Assembly: GCF_027922005.1 (NCBI RefSeq) | Contig: NZ_BSEV01000008.1 | Span: 280,704-320,703, forward strand | Direction: 5' to 3' | Length of the DNA stretch: 40,000 nt | Source: Streptosporangium carneum | Lineage (GTDB): Bacteria; Actinomycetota; Actinomycetes; Streptosporangiales; Streptosporangiaceae | Shown here: positions 8,798 through 17,167 of the stretch, piece by piece | Layout: every line of letters begins with the position of its first letter | Position numbering within the stretch: position 1 is the first letter of the stretch | Made by a program: the position numbers and the translations under genes | Notes under the pieces: generated by a model | Databases searched by the model: none | What the model saw: the letters and a program-made list of their open reading frames with translations, nothing else | Told to the model about the DNA's origin: nothing

Positions 8798-9298
8798 ATG
8801 AGCGAAGCTCTGGAAGCCCTGATCGACTCGTGCATCGCCACACGCGAGGGACGGTACGAGGACTGGGACGCCCTGGGGTTCCAGGCCAAGGCGGGCGACG
8901 AGTTCCGGCGGGCCCAGATCCGTTACATCGGCTCGGGGGCGACCGGCGACCACGAGAACGACAGCCGCATCCTCCAGGCGGAGCACTTCACGTTCTCGAA
9001 CATGCGCCTGCCCGCCGGAGCCGTCGGCCCCGAGCACACCCACCACGACGCCGAGGAGGCGTTCTTCGTCCTGGAGGGCGCCCTCGAGGTCACCGTCCAC
9101 GACGTGCGGGACGGCTCCAAGACCGCCTCCCGGATCCTCGGCTACCGCGACCTGATCCGGGTGCCCGCGGGAGTGCCCCGCAGCCTGCGCAACATCGGCG
9201 AGGAGGACGCGCTCTTCTGCGTGATCATCGGCGCCGCCAGGCCGCAGGTTCCGACCTATCCGGCCACCTCCGCGATGCACGGCGTCACCCGCGACTGA
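8798..9298 (+). CDS. Cupin-domain protein
   Basis: The cupin metal motif GPEHTHHDAEEAFFVLEG is followed by RVPAGVPRSLRN. ATG 8798 was chosen because the upstream part of the track ORF is AT-rich promoter DNA and GGTGGAAGGG lies just upstream. Confidence 0.85.
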   Translation: MSEALEALIDSCIATREGRYEDWDALGFQAKAGDEFRRAQIRYIGSGATGDHENDSRILQAEHFTFSNMRLPAGAVGPEHTHHDAEEAFFVLEGALEVTVHDVRDGSKTASRILGYRDLIRVPAGVPRSLRNIGEEDALFCVIIGAARPQVPTYPATSAMHGVTRD

Positions 9299-9303
9299 CC
9301 GAC

Positions 9304-10221
9304 ATGCCCACGCTGCGGCTTCACCAGATGACCTGGCTCGCGGAGGGCGTCGTGCGCCTCGACCTCGTCGACCCCGCCGGAGCCGCGCTGCCGGCCTGGG
9401 AGCCGGGGGCGCACCTGTCCTTCAGGCTCACCGACGGCCTGGTCAGGGAGTACTCCCTCTGCGGGGATCCCGCCGACCGCTCCCGCTACGCGGTGGCCGT
9501 ACAGCGGGAGCGGAACTCCCGGGGCGGCTCCGCGCACGTGCACGAGCGGCTGCGGGCAGGAGACCTCCTGGAGGTCGACGGGCCGCGCAACCACTTCGCG
9601 CTGGTGGAAGCCCCGGCCTACCTGCTGGTCGCGGGCGGGATCGGGATCACCCCGATCAGGGCCATGGTCGGCGCGCTCGGCGCGAAGGCGTGGCGACTGT
9701 TCTACTGCGGCCAGAGCAGGGCGCGGATGGCCTTCGCCGAGGAACTGTCGGGCCGTCCGAACGTCACCCTGCACGCCGACGACGAGGCCGGACGCCCGCC
9801 CGACCTGGCGGCGGTGCTGGCGGGCGCGCCGAAGGACGCCCTGGTCTACTGCTGCGGCCCCGAACCGCTGATCCAGGCCGTCGAGCGGGCGCTGGACGAC
9901 CCGGCGCGGCTGCGCGTCGAGCGCTTCCGCGCCGCCGAACGGCCCAGGACCGGAGCCGACTCCCCGTTCACCGTGGTCTGCTCGGGCCGCGAGTTCGCCG
10001 TCGAGCCCGGCGTCTCCATCCTGGAGACGCTGCGCGCGGGCGGCCTCGACGTCCCCTCGTCCTGCGAGGAGGGCATCTGCGGCACCTGCGAGACCGGGGT
10101 CCTGGCGGGCGAGCCCGACCACCGCGACTTCCTCCTCACCGAGGAGGAGAAGGCCGCGAACCAGTCGATGATGCTCTGCGTCTCGCGTTCCCGCACTCCC
10201 CGACTGGTCCTTGACCTGTAG
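9304..10221 (+). CDS. PDR-type oxygenase reductase (FMN/FAD-NAD-binding domain plus C-terminal plant-type 2Fe-2S)
   Basis: RxYS motif (VREYSLC), NAD-binding GGIGITP, and C-terminal CEEGICGTCETGV...MLCVS (Cys-x4-Cys-x2-Cys...Cys). The real start MPTLRL is internal to the track ORF 8830..10221. Confidence 0.9.
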   Translation: MPTLRLHQMTWLAEGVVRLDLVDPAGAALPAWEPGAHLSFRLTDGLVREYSLCGDPADRSRYAVAVQRERNSRGGSAHVHERLRAGDLLEVDGPRNHFALVEAPAYLLVAGGIGITPIRAMVGALGAKAWRLFYCGQSRARMAFAEELSGRPNVTLHADDEAGRPPDLAAVLAGAPKDALVYCCGPEPLIQAVERALDDPARLRVERFRAAERPRTGADSPFTVVCSGREFAVEPGVSILETLRAGGLDVPSSCEEGICGTCETGVLAGEPDHRDFLLTEEEKAANQSMMLCVSRSRTPRLVLDL

Positions 10222-10245
10222 CACCCCCCAACCGCTAGGAGAGAC

Positions 10246-10467
10246 ATGTCCCTGCGCCTTCAGCCGGTGCAGTCCCGCGCACACGAGCTGACCAGCTACG
10301 AGCACGCGCTCGCCGACGAACTCGAAGCGATCTACGGCCGTGGCGTCCACGAGCTCGCCCCGCTGGTCGACGCCCTCAACGAGACCGGCATCCGCCCTCC
10401 CGGCGGCGTCGACTGGACCGAGTCCTCCCTCACCTCGGAGCTGGCGCGGCTGGGGGCGAAGGAATGA
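10246..10467 (+). CDS. Small 73-aa protein, possibly recombinase-like HTH domain protein
   Basis: A good SD (AGGAGAG) lies 4 nt upstream of the ATG. The stop overlaps the Rieske oxygenase ATG (ATGA at 10464-10467). The segment LVDALNETGIRPPGGVDWTESSLTSELARLG resembles the small HTH segment seen in serine-recombinase accessory domains. There are no Cys residues, so it is not a ferredoxin. Confidence 0.6.
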   Translation: MSLRLQPVQSRAHELTSYEHALADELEAIYGRGVHELAPLVDALNETGIRPPGGVDWTESSLTSELARLGAKE

Positions 10468-11498
10468 GGCACCCCTCGGGCAACCCGTCGCTGGACACCG
10501 TCGACGGCCTGCTCAGGCTGGGCCTGCGCGACCGGTGGTACGCCCTGTGCCCCGCCGGCCAGGTCAGGCGCGGCGAGCTGGTCCGCCTCGACCGCGTCGG
10601 CGAGGAACTGCTGATCTGGCGCGACGCCGCCGGAACCGTGCACGTCCAGGAGGACCGCTGCCCGCACCGTGGCGCGCGGCTCTCGCAGGGCGTGCACATG
10701 GGCGACCGGATCGCCTGCAACTACCACGGCCTGCAGATCGACGACGAGGGCGTCGTGGTGTCCGTGCCCGGGGTCCCCGGCTGCGCGCTCGAGGGGAAGC
10801 GGGCCCTGCGCACCTTCCCCGCCCTCGAGCACGCCGGCGCCGTCTTCGCCTGGTTCGGCGACCAGGAGGACGCGGAACCCGCCCCGTTCCAGCCGCCCGA
10901 GCAGCTCGTCGACCCCGAATGGGACGGCTTCCTGGCCTACGTCGAGTGGGACGCCCCCTGGGTCTACTCCCTCGACAACCTCATGGACCCGATGCACGGG
11001 GCGTTCCTGCACCGCAAGTCGCACACCATGTCCACCGGCAAACGCGAGGCCCTGTTCCAGATCCGCGACACCCCGACCGGCTTCGTCTTCGAGAAGACCG
11101 ACCAGGCAGGGGTGAACTTCGACTGGTCGGAGTGGATCGACACCGACATGCACTGGGTGCGCCTGTCCATCCCCTACCCGGCGACGGCGGGCCCCGGCGG
11201 CCCCTTCACCATCGTGTGCACCGCCACACCGATCAACGAGACCCAGCACGCCGCGTTCTTCTGGCGCACCCGCAAGGTGACCGGATGGCAGCGCGACTCG
11301 TGGCGCTTCCTCTACAAGGCCCGTCTCGAACCGCGCCACTGGGAGGTGCTGGAGCAGGACCGGGTCATGGAGGAGGCCATGCCGCTCGACGCCTGGTCAC
11401 GGGAGAACCTCTACCAGCACGACCTCGCCATCGTACGGCTGCGCCGCATGCTCGGCGGCGAGGCCAGGCGGCAGCTCAGGGCCAGGGAGGCACGATGA
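10464..11498 (+). CDS. Rieske [2Fe-2S] non-heme iron oxygenase, alpha-only (class IA / phthalate-family type)
   Basis: Rieske motif CPHRGARL...CNYHGLQ and mononuclear iron motif NLMDPMHGAFLHRKSH. 344 aa with no adjacent beta subunit, and paired with a PDR-type reductase. Confidence 0.92.
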   Translation: MRHPSGNPSLDTVDGLLRLGLRDRWYALCPAGQVRRGELVRLDRVGEELLIWRDAAGTVHVQEDRCPHRGARLSQGVHMGDRIACNYHGLQIDDEGVVVSVPGVPGCALEGKRALRTFPALEHAGAVFAWFGDQEDAEPAPFQPPEQLVDPEWDGFLAYVEWDAPWVYSLDNLMDPMHGAFLHRKSHTMSTGKREALFQIRDTPTGFVFEKTDQAGVNFDWSEWIDTDMHWVRLSIPYPATAGPGGPFTIVCTATPINETQHAAFFWRTRKVTGWQRDSWRFLYKARLEPRHWEVLEQDRVMEEAMPLDAWSRENLYQHDLAIVRLRRMLGGEARRQLRAREAR

Positions 11499-12406
11499 GC
11501 GTCGCCCGCCTGAGAAGCCTCCGCAGCGTGGCGCTGCGGACCCCGAACGTCTCGGAGGCCGCCGAGTTCTACCGGGAGGTCTGGGGCCTGTCCGAGGTCG
11601 AGGGCGACAACGGGGTCTCCTGGCTGCGCGGCGCCGGCGCCGAGCACCACATCCTGGAGGTGCGGCGGGCCGAGCGGAACGCCCTCGGGAAGATCGCCTT
11701 CTCCGTCGGCTCGCCCGCCGAGGTCGACGACGCCGCCCGCGCGCTCGCCGAGCTGGGCGTCCCCCTCGTCGCCGAGCCGGGACGTCTCGACCAGGCGGGC
11801 GGCGGCTACGGCCTGCGCTTCGCCGACCCCGAGGGCCGCCTGGTCGAGCTGTCGACCGAGGTCGAGGCCGTCGTGCCGATGGAGCCGCAGGGCAGGCGGG
11901 CCGCGCCCCGCAAACTCGCCCACGTCGTGCTCAACACCGTCGACATCGACGCCGCCGTCGCCTTCTACCGGAACGTGCTCGGCATGCGGGTCTCCGACTG
12001 GTCGGAGCACCAGATGGCGTTCCTGCGCTGCAACGCCGACCACCACGTGATCGCCTTCAACCAGGCGGAGTGGACCTCGGTCAACCACGTGGCCTACGAG
12101 ATGCCGTCGATCGACCACTTCATGCGGGGCGTCGGGCACCTGAGGCACCAGGGCGTCACCCCGCTGTGGGGCCCCGGCCGCCACGGCCCGGGCAACAACA
12201 CCTTCTCCTACTTCGCCGACCCCGCGGGACTGGTCTGCGAGTACACCTCAGAGGTCGAGCAGGTCCAGGAGGACGCCTGGCTGTGCCGGGTGTGGCGGCG
12301 CGTGCCCGAGCTGTCCGACCTGTGGGGGACGGCGGGCCCGCCCTCGAAGGACGTGCGCTCGCACATGGCTGGCGTCCCCGACCCCGGCCGGTGGTGGGAA
12401 CGGTGA
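11495..12406 (+). CDS. Extradiol ring-cleavage dioxygenase (two-domain VOC/glyoxalase fold, catechol 2,3-dioxygenase-like)
   Basis: Two tandem VOC modules (SVALRTPNVSEAAEFYREVWGL... and LAHVVLNTVDIDAAVAFYRNVLGM...), plus HHVIAF, VNHVAYE and FSYFADPAGLVCEY. The ATG overlaps the upstream stop (ATGA at 11495). Confidence 0.88.
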   Translation: MSVARLRSLRSVALRTPNVSEAAEFYREVWGLSEVEGDNGVSWLRGAGAEHHILEVRRAERNALGKIAFSVGSPAEVDDAARALAELGVPLVAEPGRLDQAGGGYGLRFADPEGRLVELSTEVEAVVPMEPQGRRAAPRKLAHVVLNTVDIDAAVAFYRNVLGMRVSDWSEHQMAFLRCNADHHVIAFNQAEWTSVNHVAYEMPSIDHFMRGVGHLRHQGVTPLWGPGRHGPGNNTFSYFADPAGLVCEYTSEVEQVQEDAWLCRVWRRVPELSDLWGTAGPPSKDVRSHMAGVPDPGRWWER

Positions 12407-13119
12407 TCCGCGTCGCCGTCGTCGGCCGGGGAGCCATCGGCGCCGTCGTGATCGGAGAACTGGAGAGAGGGCGGGTGCCGGGGGCGCGGCTCGTGGCGAC
12501 CGTGGACCTCGGTGACTCCCTCGCCGACGCGATCGAGGCCGCCGACCTGGTCGTCGAGTGCGCGGGACAGCGGGCGCTGGCCGAGATCGGCCCGGCCGTC
12601 GTCGACGCGGGCCGGGACCTGCTGGTCGTCTCGATCGGCGCGTTCACCGACGACGCGCTGCTGGCGCGGCTGCGGCGCGGCCCCGGCAGGGTGCACCTGA
12701 CCTCGGGCGCGATCGGCGGCCTCGACCTGCTGCGGGCCGCCGCCCGGACGGGCCCCCTGGAGAAGGTGCTCATCGTCACCACCAAGAAGCCCGCCACGCT
12801 CGGCGTCGCCGAGACGGACGGGCCCCTGGAGATCATGCGGGGACCGGCGCGCGAGATCGCCGCCGCCTTCCCCCGCTCGACCAACGTGGCCGCCGCCGTG
12901 GCGCTCGCGGTCGGCTCCTTCGACGCCGTCGAGGCCGTGGTCGTCGCCGACCCCGCCGCCACGCTGACCTCCCACGTGATCATCGCGTCCGGGCCCTCCG
13001 GCGACTACCGGTTCGAGATCCGCAACCGCCCCTCGGCGGACAACCCCGCCAGCAGCCAGGTCGTGCCGTACGCGGTGCTGTCCGCCATCGAGGAACTGGC
13101 CCGATGCGCCTCCACCTGA
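12403..13119 (+). CDS. Aspartate-dehydrogenase-fold NAD(P)-binding dehydrogenase
   Basis: N-terminal Rossmann motif VAVVGRGAIGAVV. The C-terminal half (GAIGGLDLLRAA..., TSHVIIASGPSGDYRFEIRNRPSADNPASSQVVPYAVLSAI) resembles L-aspartate dehydrogenase (NadX/DUF108). The GTG start overlaps the upstream stop (GTGA at 12403). Confidence 0.75.
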   Translation: MIRVAVVGRGAIGAVVIGELERGRVPGARLVATVDLGDSLADAIEAADLVVECAGQRALAEIGPAVVDAGRDLLVVSIGAFTDDALLARLRRGPGRVHLTSGAIGGLDLLRAAARTGPLEKVLIVTTKKPATLGVAETDGPLEIMRGPAREIAAAFPRSTNVAAAVALAVGSFDAVEAVVVADPAATLTSHVIIASGPSGDYRFEIRNRPSADNPASSQVVPYAVLSAIEELARCAST

Positions 13120-13883
13120 TCGACACCCTGAACGAGGCCCCGGGCGGCCCCGTACTGCTGCTGCACGGCATCGGCGGGAGCTCCGGCTCCTTCGCCGCCC
13201 AGATCCCCGCGCTGTCCACGCGGCACCGCGTGCTGGCCTGGGACGCCCCCGGCTACGGCCGCTCCGGCGATCCTTCGACGCCACCCGGCATGTCCGGGTA
13301 CGCGGCCCTCGCCGCGTCGCTCCTGCCGGGACCCGCCCACGTGGTGGGCGTCTCCTGGGGCGGGGTCGTCGCCACCCGCCTCGCCCTGGAACACCCGGGG
13401 CTGGTGCGCTCGCTCGTGCTCGCCGACTCCACCCGCGGCTCGGGCCGTACTCCGGAGCAGGCGGCGGCGATGCGCGGGCGGGCGGCCGAGCTGGAAAGGC
13501 TCGGCGGCTCGGCGTTCGCCGCGGCCAGAGGCCCCCGGCTGCTGTCCCCGCAGGCCCCGCAGGAACTCGTGGACCGGGTGGTGACCGCGATGGAGCGGTC
13601 GATCCGCCTGCCCGGTTACACGTACGCGGCCTCCGCGATGGCCGGAACCGACCACAACGACGTGCTCGGCTCCCTCTCCGTCCCCGTCCTGGTCGTCGTC
13701 GGCGACCAGGACCGCGTCACCGGGGTCGCGGAGAGCCAGGCCATCGCGGCGGCCGTGCCCGGCGCGCGGCTCGCCGTCGTCCCCGGCGCGGGACACCTGG
13801 CGAACCAGGAACGCCCGGAGGAGTTCAACCGGCTGGTCCTGGACTTCCTCGCGTCGGTCCCGTCCCCCGTAGCGGAGGCCTGA
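13104..13883 (+). CDS. Alpha/beta-fold hydrolase (meta-cleavage-product hydrolase-like)
   Basis: Oxyanion LLLHGIGGS, nucleophile elbow GVSWGG and C-terminal GAGHLANQERPEEF. The start lies 16 nt inside the upstream gene. Confidence 0.88.
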   Translation: MRLHLIDTLNEAPGGPVLLLHGIGGSSGSFAAQIPALSTRHRVLAWDAPGYGRSGDPSTPPGMSGYAALAASLLPGPAHVVGVSWGGVVATRLALEHPGLVRSLVLADSTRGSGRTPEQAAAMRGRAAELERLGGSAFAAARGPRLLSPQAPQELVDRVVTAMERSIRLPGYTYAASAMAGTDHNDVLGSLSVPVLVVVGDQDRVTGVAESQAIAAAVPGARLAVVPGAGHLANQERPEEFNRLVLDFLASVPSPVAEA

Positions 13884-13884
13884 A

Positions 13885-14667
13885 ATGGATCTCGACCTGG
13901 CAGGACGCTCCTACGTCGTCACCGGAGCCAGCTCCGGTGTCGGTCTGGCGACGGCGGCGCTGCTTCTCGGCGAGGGGGCGCACGTCGTCGCCTGCGCCCG
14001 CGACGGCGACCGGCTGGCCGCGGCCCTGAGGCCGCTGCCCCGCGCCCAGGGCGCGCGGGTGGTCGCCGGGGGGTGCGACGTCCTGGACGCCGACGGCGTC
14101 GCGGCGTTCGTCGCCTCGGCCGCCGAGGAGCTGGGCGGTCTGGACGGCGTGGTGAACAACGCGGGCAGGTCGCTGCTGGCCCCCGCCGCGGAGACCACCC
14201 GTGAGCAGTGGCACGAGGAGTTCGACCTCAAGATCTTCGGGGTGCTGAACACGGTCCGCGCCGCGGAGCCGTACCTGCGCCGTGCCGCCGCCCCCTCGGT
14301 CGTCAACGTCAACGCCATCCTGGCCCGCCAGCCGGAGTCCCGGCTGGCCGCCACCTCGGCCGCCCGCGCGGCGCTGCTGAACCTCACCAGGACCCTGTCC
14401 GCGGACCTCGCCCCGATCCGGGTGAACTCGGTCTGCCTGGGCCTGGTCGACACCGGCCAGTGGCGGCGTCGCCACGAGGCCGCGGGCGTCCCCGACTCCT
14501 ACGAGGAGTGGACCGGGGCGCTGGCGGCGGACCGGGGTGTCGCCCTCGGCCGCCTCGGCAGGGCCGAGGAGGTCGCCTATCCGATCGTCGCGCTGCTGTC
14601 GCCGCGCGCGTCCTACATCACCGGCGCGTCCATCGACGTCGGCGGAGGAGTCGCTCGATATGTCTAA
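13885..14667 (+). CDS. SDR-family oxidoreductase with non-canonical active-site residues
   Basis: Cofactor motif TGASSGVGLA and NNAG are present. By-eye alignment puts Ala144, Thr157 and Arg161 where the Ser-Tyr-Lys triad is expected (VVNVNAILA...ATSAARAAL). Confidence 0.85.
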   Translation: MDLDLAGRSYVVTGASSGVGLATAALLLGEGAHVVACARDGDRLAAALRPLPRAQGARVVAGGCDVLDADGVAAFVASAAEELGGLDGVVNNAGRSLLAPAAETTREQWHEEFDLKIFGVLNTVRAAEPYLRRAAAPSVVNVNAILARQPESRLAATSAARAALLNLTRTLSADLAPIRVNSVCLGLVDTGQWRRRHEAAGVPDSYEEWTGALAADRGVALGRLGRAEEVAYPIVALLSPRASYITGASIDVGGGVARYV

Positions 14668-16315
14668 CGGCGGTGACCTGCTCGTGCGGGTCCTTCGGGA
14701 GAACGGCGTCGAGGTGGTCTTCGGCGTCGTCAGCGTGCACAACCTGCCACTGGTCGAGGCCGTCGACCGGGACCTGCGTTTCGTCCCGGTGCGGCACGAG
14801 GCCGCCGCGGTCAACGCGGCCGACGGCTACGCGCGGGCGAGCGGCGGCCTCGGCTGCGCGCTGACCAGCACCGGCACCGGGGCGGGGAACGCGGCGGGGT
14901 CGCTCGTCGAGGCGCTCAGCGCGGGCAGCCGGGTGCTGCACGTCACAGGGCAGATCGACAGCGGCTACCTGGGCCTCGGCCGGGGGGTGATCCACGAGAC
15001 CAGGGACCAGCTCGGCATGCTGACCGCGGTCTCCAAGCACGCCGCGGGCATCCCCTCGGCCGGGAGCGCGGCCGAGGTGCTCAGGCAGGCGGCGCGGCGG
15101 GCGCTGGCCGCGCCGTACGGGCCGGCGAGCGTGGAGTGGCCGATCGACCTGCAGTACGCGGCGCAGGCCACCGGCCTGTCCCACGATCTGTCCCCCGACC
15201 TGTCCCCCGGCGCGCCCGCCGGCTCCGGGACCCGCCCGGTTCCCGGGGCGGGGCCGCTCGCGGAGGCCGTACGGCTCCTCGGGTCGGCGCGCCGCCCGCT
15301 CATCTGGGCGGGAGGCGGTGCGAAGGAGGCCGGAACGGAGCTGCGCGCGCTCGCGGAACGGCTGGACGCGCCGATCCTCACCTCGAACGCCGGGCGCGGC
15401 GCCGTTCCCGAGGACCACGAGCTGGTCGTCGGCAACTTCGCGGCCAACCCCGCGGCGGCCGCCCTGATCGCCGAGGCCGACCTGCTGCTCAGCGTCGGCA
15501 CGCACTTCCGGTCCAACGAGACCAGGCACTACAAACTCGTCCTGCCGGAACGGCACGTCCAGATCGACCTCGACCCCGAGGCGCTCGGCCGGGTGTATCC
15601 GGCGACGGTCGGCCTGCACGGCGACGCGGCGGAGACGCTGGCCGAGCTCCTGGCCGCCCTGCCGGTCGTCGCGGACGTGGAGGAGGGGTGGCGGGCGCGG
15701 GCCGTGCGGACCCGGGAGGCCGTGCGCGAGCGGCTCGGCTCCGACATCGGGAAGTACCGTGTCATCTGCGACGCTATGCGGGCCTGCCTGGACCGGCGCT
15801 CGCCGATCGCCAGGGACGTGACGATCCCGTCGAGCCAGTGGGGCAACCGGCTGCTGCCGATCTACGACCCCGCCACGAACGTCTTCCCGCTCGGCGGCGG
15901 CATCGGGCAGGGCCTGGCGATGGGCATCGGCGCGGCACTGGCCAGGCCCGACGTTCCGACGCTGGTCATGGCGGGCGACGGCGGCCTGGCCGTGCACCTG
16001 GGCGAGCTGGCCACGCTCGCGCAGGAACGGCCGTGGCTGGTGCTCGTGGTGTTCAACGACGGCGGCTACGGCGTGCTGCGCAACATGCAGGACGCCCACC
16101 TGGAACGGCGCTCCGGGGTCGACCTGCACACGCCGGACTTCGGGACGCTGGCCGCCTCGATGGGGCTGCCCCACGCCCTGGTGACCGACCCCGCCGACTT
16201 CGAGGCGGTGTTCGCCGCGGCCGTCGTGCGGCGGGAGCCGTACCTCCTGGAGGTCGACGTCACGGCGATCGGGCCCGCCCCCGCGCCGTTCATCCCCCCG
16301 GTGGAGATCCCGTGA
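14660..16315 (+). CDS. Thiamine-diphosphate-dependent enzyme (acetolactate synthase / benzoylformate decarboxylase superfamily)
   Basis: N-terminal PYR domain (GGDLLVRVLRENGVEVVFGV) and ThDP-binding motif GDGGLAVHLGELATLAQERPWLVLVVFNDGGYG. The start overlaps the SDR gene by 8 nt. Confidence 0.9.
   Translation: MSNGGDLLVRVLRENGVEVVFGVVSVHNLPLVEAVDRDLRFVPVRHEAAAVNAADGYARASGGLGCALTSTGTGAGNAAGSLVEALSAGSRVLHVTGQIDSGYLGLGRGVIHETRDQLGMLTAVSKHAAGIPSAGSAAEVLRQAARRALAAPYGPASVEWPIDLQYAAQATGLSHDLSPDLSPGAPAGSGTRPVPGAGPLAEAVRLLGSARRPLIWAGGGAKEAGTELRALAERLDAPILTSNAGRGAVPEDHELVVGNFAANPAAAALIAEADLLLSVGTHFRSNETRHYKLVLPERHVQIDLDPEALGRVYPATVGLHGDAAETLAELLAALPVVADVEEGWRARAVRTREAVRERLGSDIGKYRVICDAMRACLDRRSPIARDVTIPSSQWGNRLLPIYDPATNVFPLGGGIGQGLAMGIGAALARPDVPTLVMAGDGGLAVHLGELATLAQERPWLVLVVFNDGGYGVLRNMQDAHLERRSGVDLHTPDFGTLAASMGLPHALVTDPADFEAVFAAAVVRREPYLLEVDVTAIGPAPAPFIPPVEIP
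15176..15211 (+). repeat. 12-bp x3 in-frame tandem repeat inside the ThDP enzyme (LSHD-LSPD-LSPG)
   Basis: Three consecutive units read directly: ctgtcccacgat, ctgtcccccgac, ctgtcccccggc. They fall in the linker after the PYR domain. Confidence 0.85.
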
Positions 16316-16382
16316 GCGCGCGAACGGTCAGGCCGGTGAGGGGAGCGCCCGCCTCGACGGTCTCCCGGAAAGGCGGGACGGC

Positions 16383-17081
16383 ATGAGCGCGCACGCGCAC
16401 GGACCGGCGAACCGCGGCAGGCGGGTGCTCGACGCCGCCGCGCCGTTGTTCGTCTGCGAACCGGCCGGAAGACCCGTCGGAGGGGCGCTCGTCCTGCACG
16501 ACGTCTTCGGGGTCACCGACCACGCGGAGGAGGTCTGCCGCGCGCTGGCCCGCGAGGGAAGGCTCGCGGTCTCGTCCTACCTGTACCACGAGCGCGGCGG
16601 CCCGGCGTTCGCCGCCGACGAGCTGGCCAGGGCCAGGGCGCACATGACGGAGCTGACGGCGGCGGACCTCGCCGCCGACGTCGGCGCGGCGCTCGGCTAC
16701 CTCGAGGCCAGGCGGGCGGGTCCCGTGCTCGTCGTCGGCTTCAGCATGGGCGGCCACCTCGCCACCTGGGCGGCCGCCGACCACGTGGTCGAGGCCGCGG
16801 TCGCGGTCAGTCCCTCCGCGGGGCCGTGGCCGGGCGTGCCCGCGGTCGAGGCCCTGGTGGCCCGGCGGCGTTCGCCGTGGCTGGGAGTGGTCGGCGGGGC
16901 GGACGAGCGCGTCGACGCCGACCGGCTGCGCGCCGCGGCCGGGCGTCCCGGCCCTCCGGCCGCCGTCGAGGTGGTCGACGGCGCCGGGCACGGGTTCTAC
17001 CGGGCGGGCATGGCGGAGCACGACGGCGGGCTCTGGCCCCTGGTCCGGGATTTCCTGGGGAGGCGCGGACCGCTGGGATGA
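16383..17081 (+). CDS. Dienelactone hydrolase-family protein
   Basis: 232 aa. VLHDVFGVTDHAEEVCRALAREG, nucleophile elbow GFSMGG (Ser in place of the classical DLH Cys) and C-terminal GAGHGFYR. Confidence 0.8.
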   Translation: MSAHAHGPANRGRRVLDAAAPLFVCEPAGRPVGGALVLHDVFGVTDHAEEVCRALAREGRLAVSSYLYHERGGPAFAADELARARAHMTELTAADLAADVGAALGYLEARRAGPVLVVGFSMGGHLATWAAADHVVEAAVAVSPSAGPWPGVPAVEALVARRRSPWLGVVGGADERVDADRLRAAAGRPGPPAAVEVVDGAGHGFYRAGMAEHDGGLWPLVRDFLGRRGPLG

Positions 17082-17167
17082 CGCGCTGAGATGGCGCCCG
17101 CCGGGACGACACGCGCCGGGCCGGTCCAGGACGGAACGGCCCGGCGGCCCGCGCGGAGTCGTCGCGC

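Noticed and set aside
10340-12406. 688-aa plus-strand ORF covering the Rieske gene region
   Set aside because: Only the part from ATG 11495 (the extradiol dioxygenase) is real. The upstream portion is an out-of-frame overlap of the Rieske oxygenase gene.
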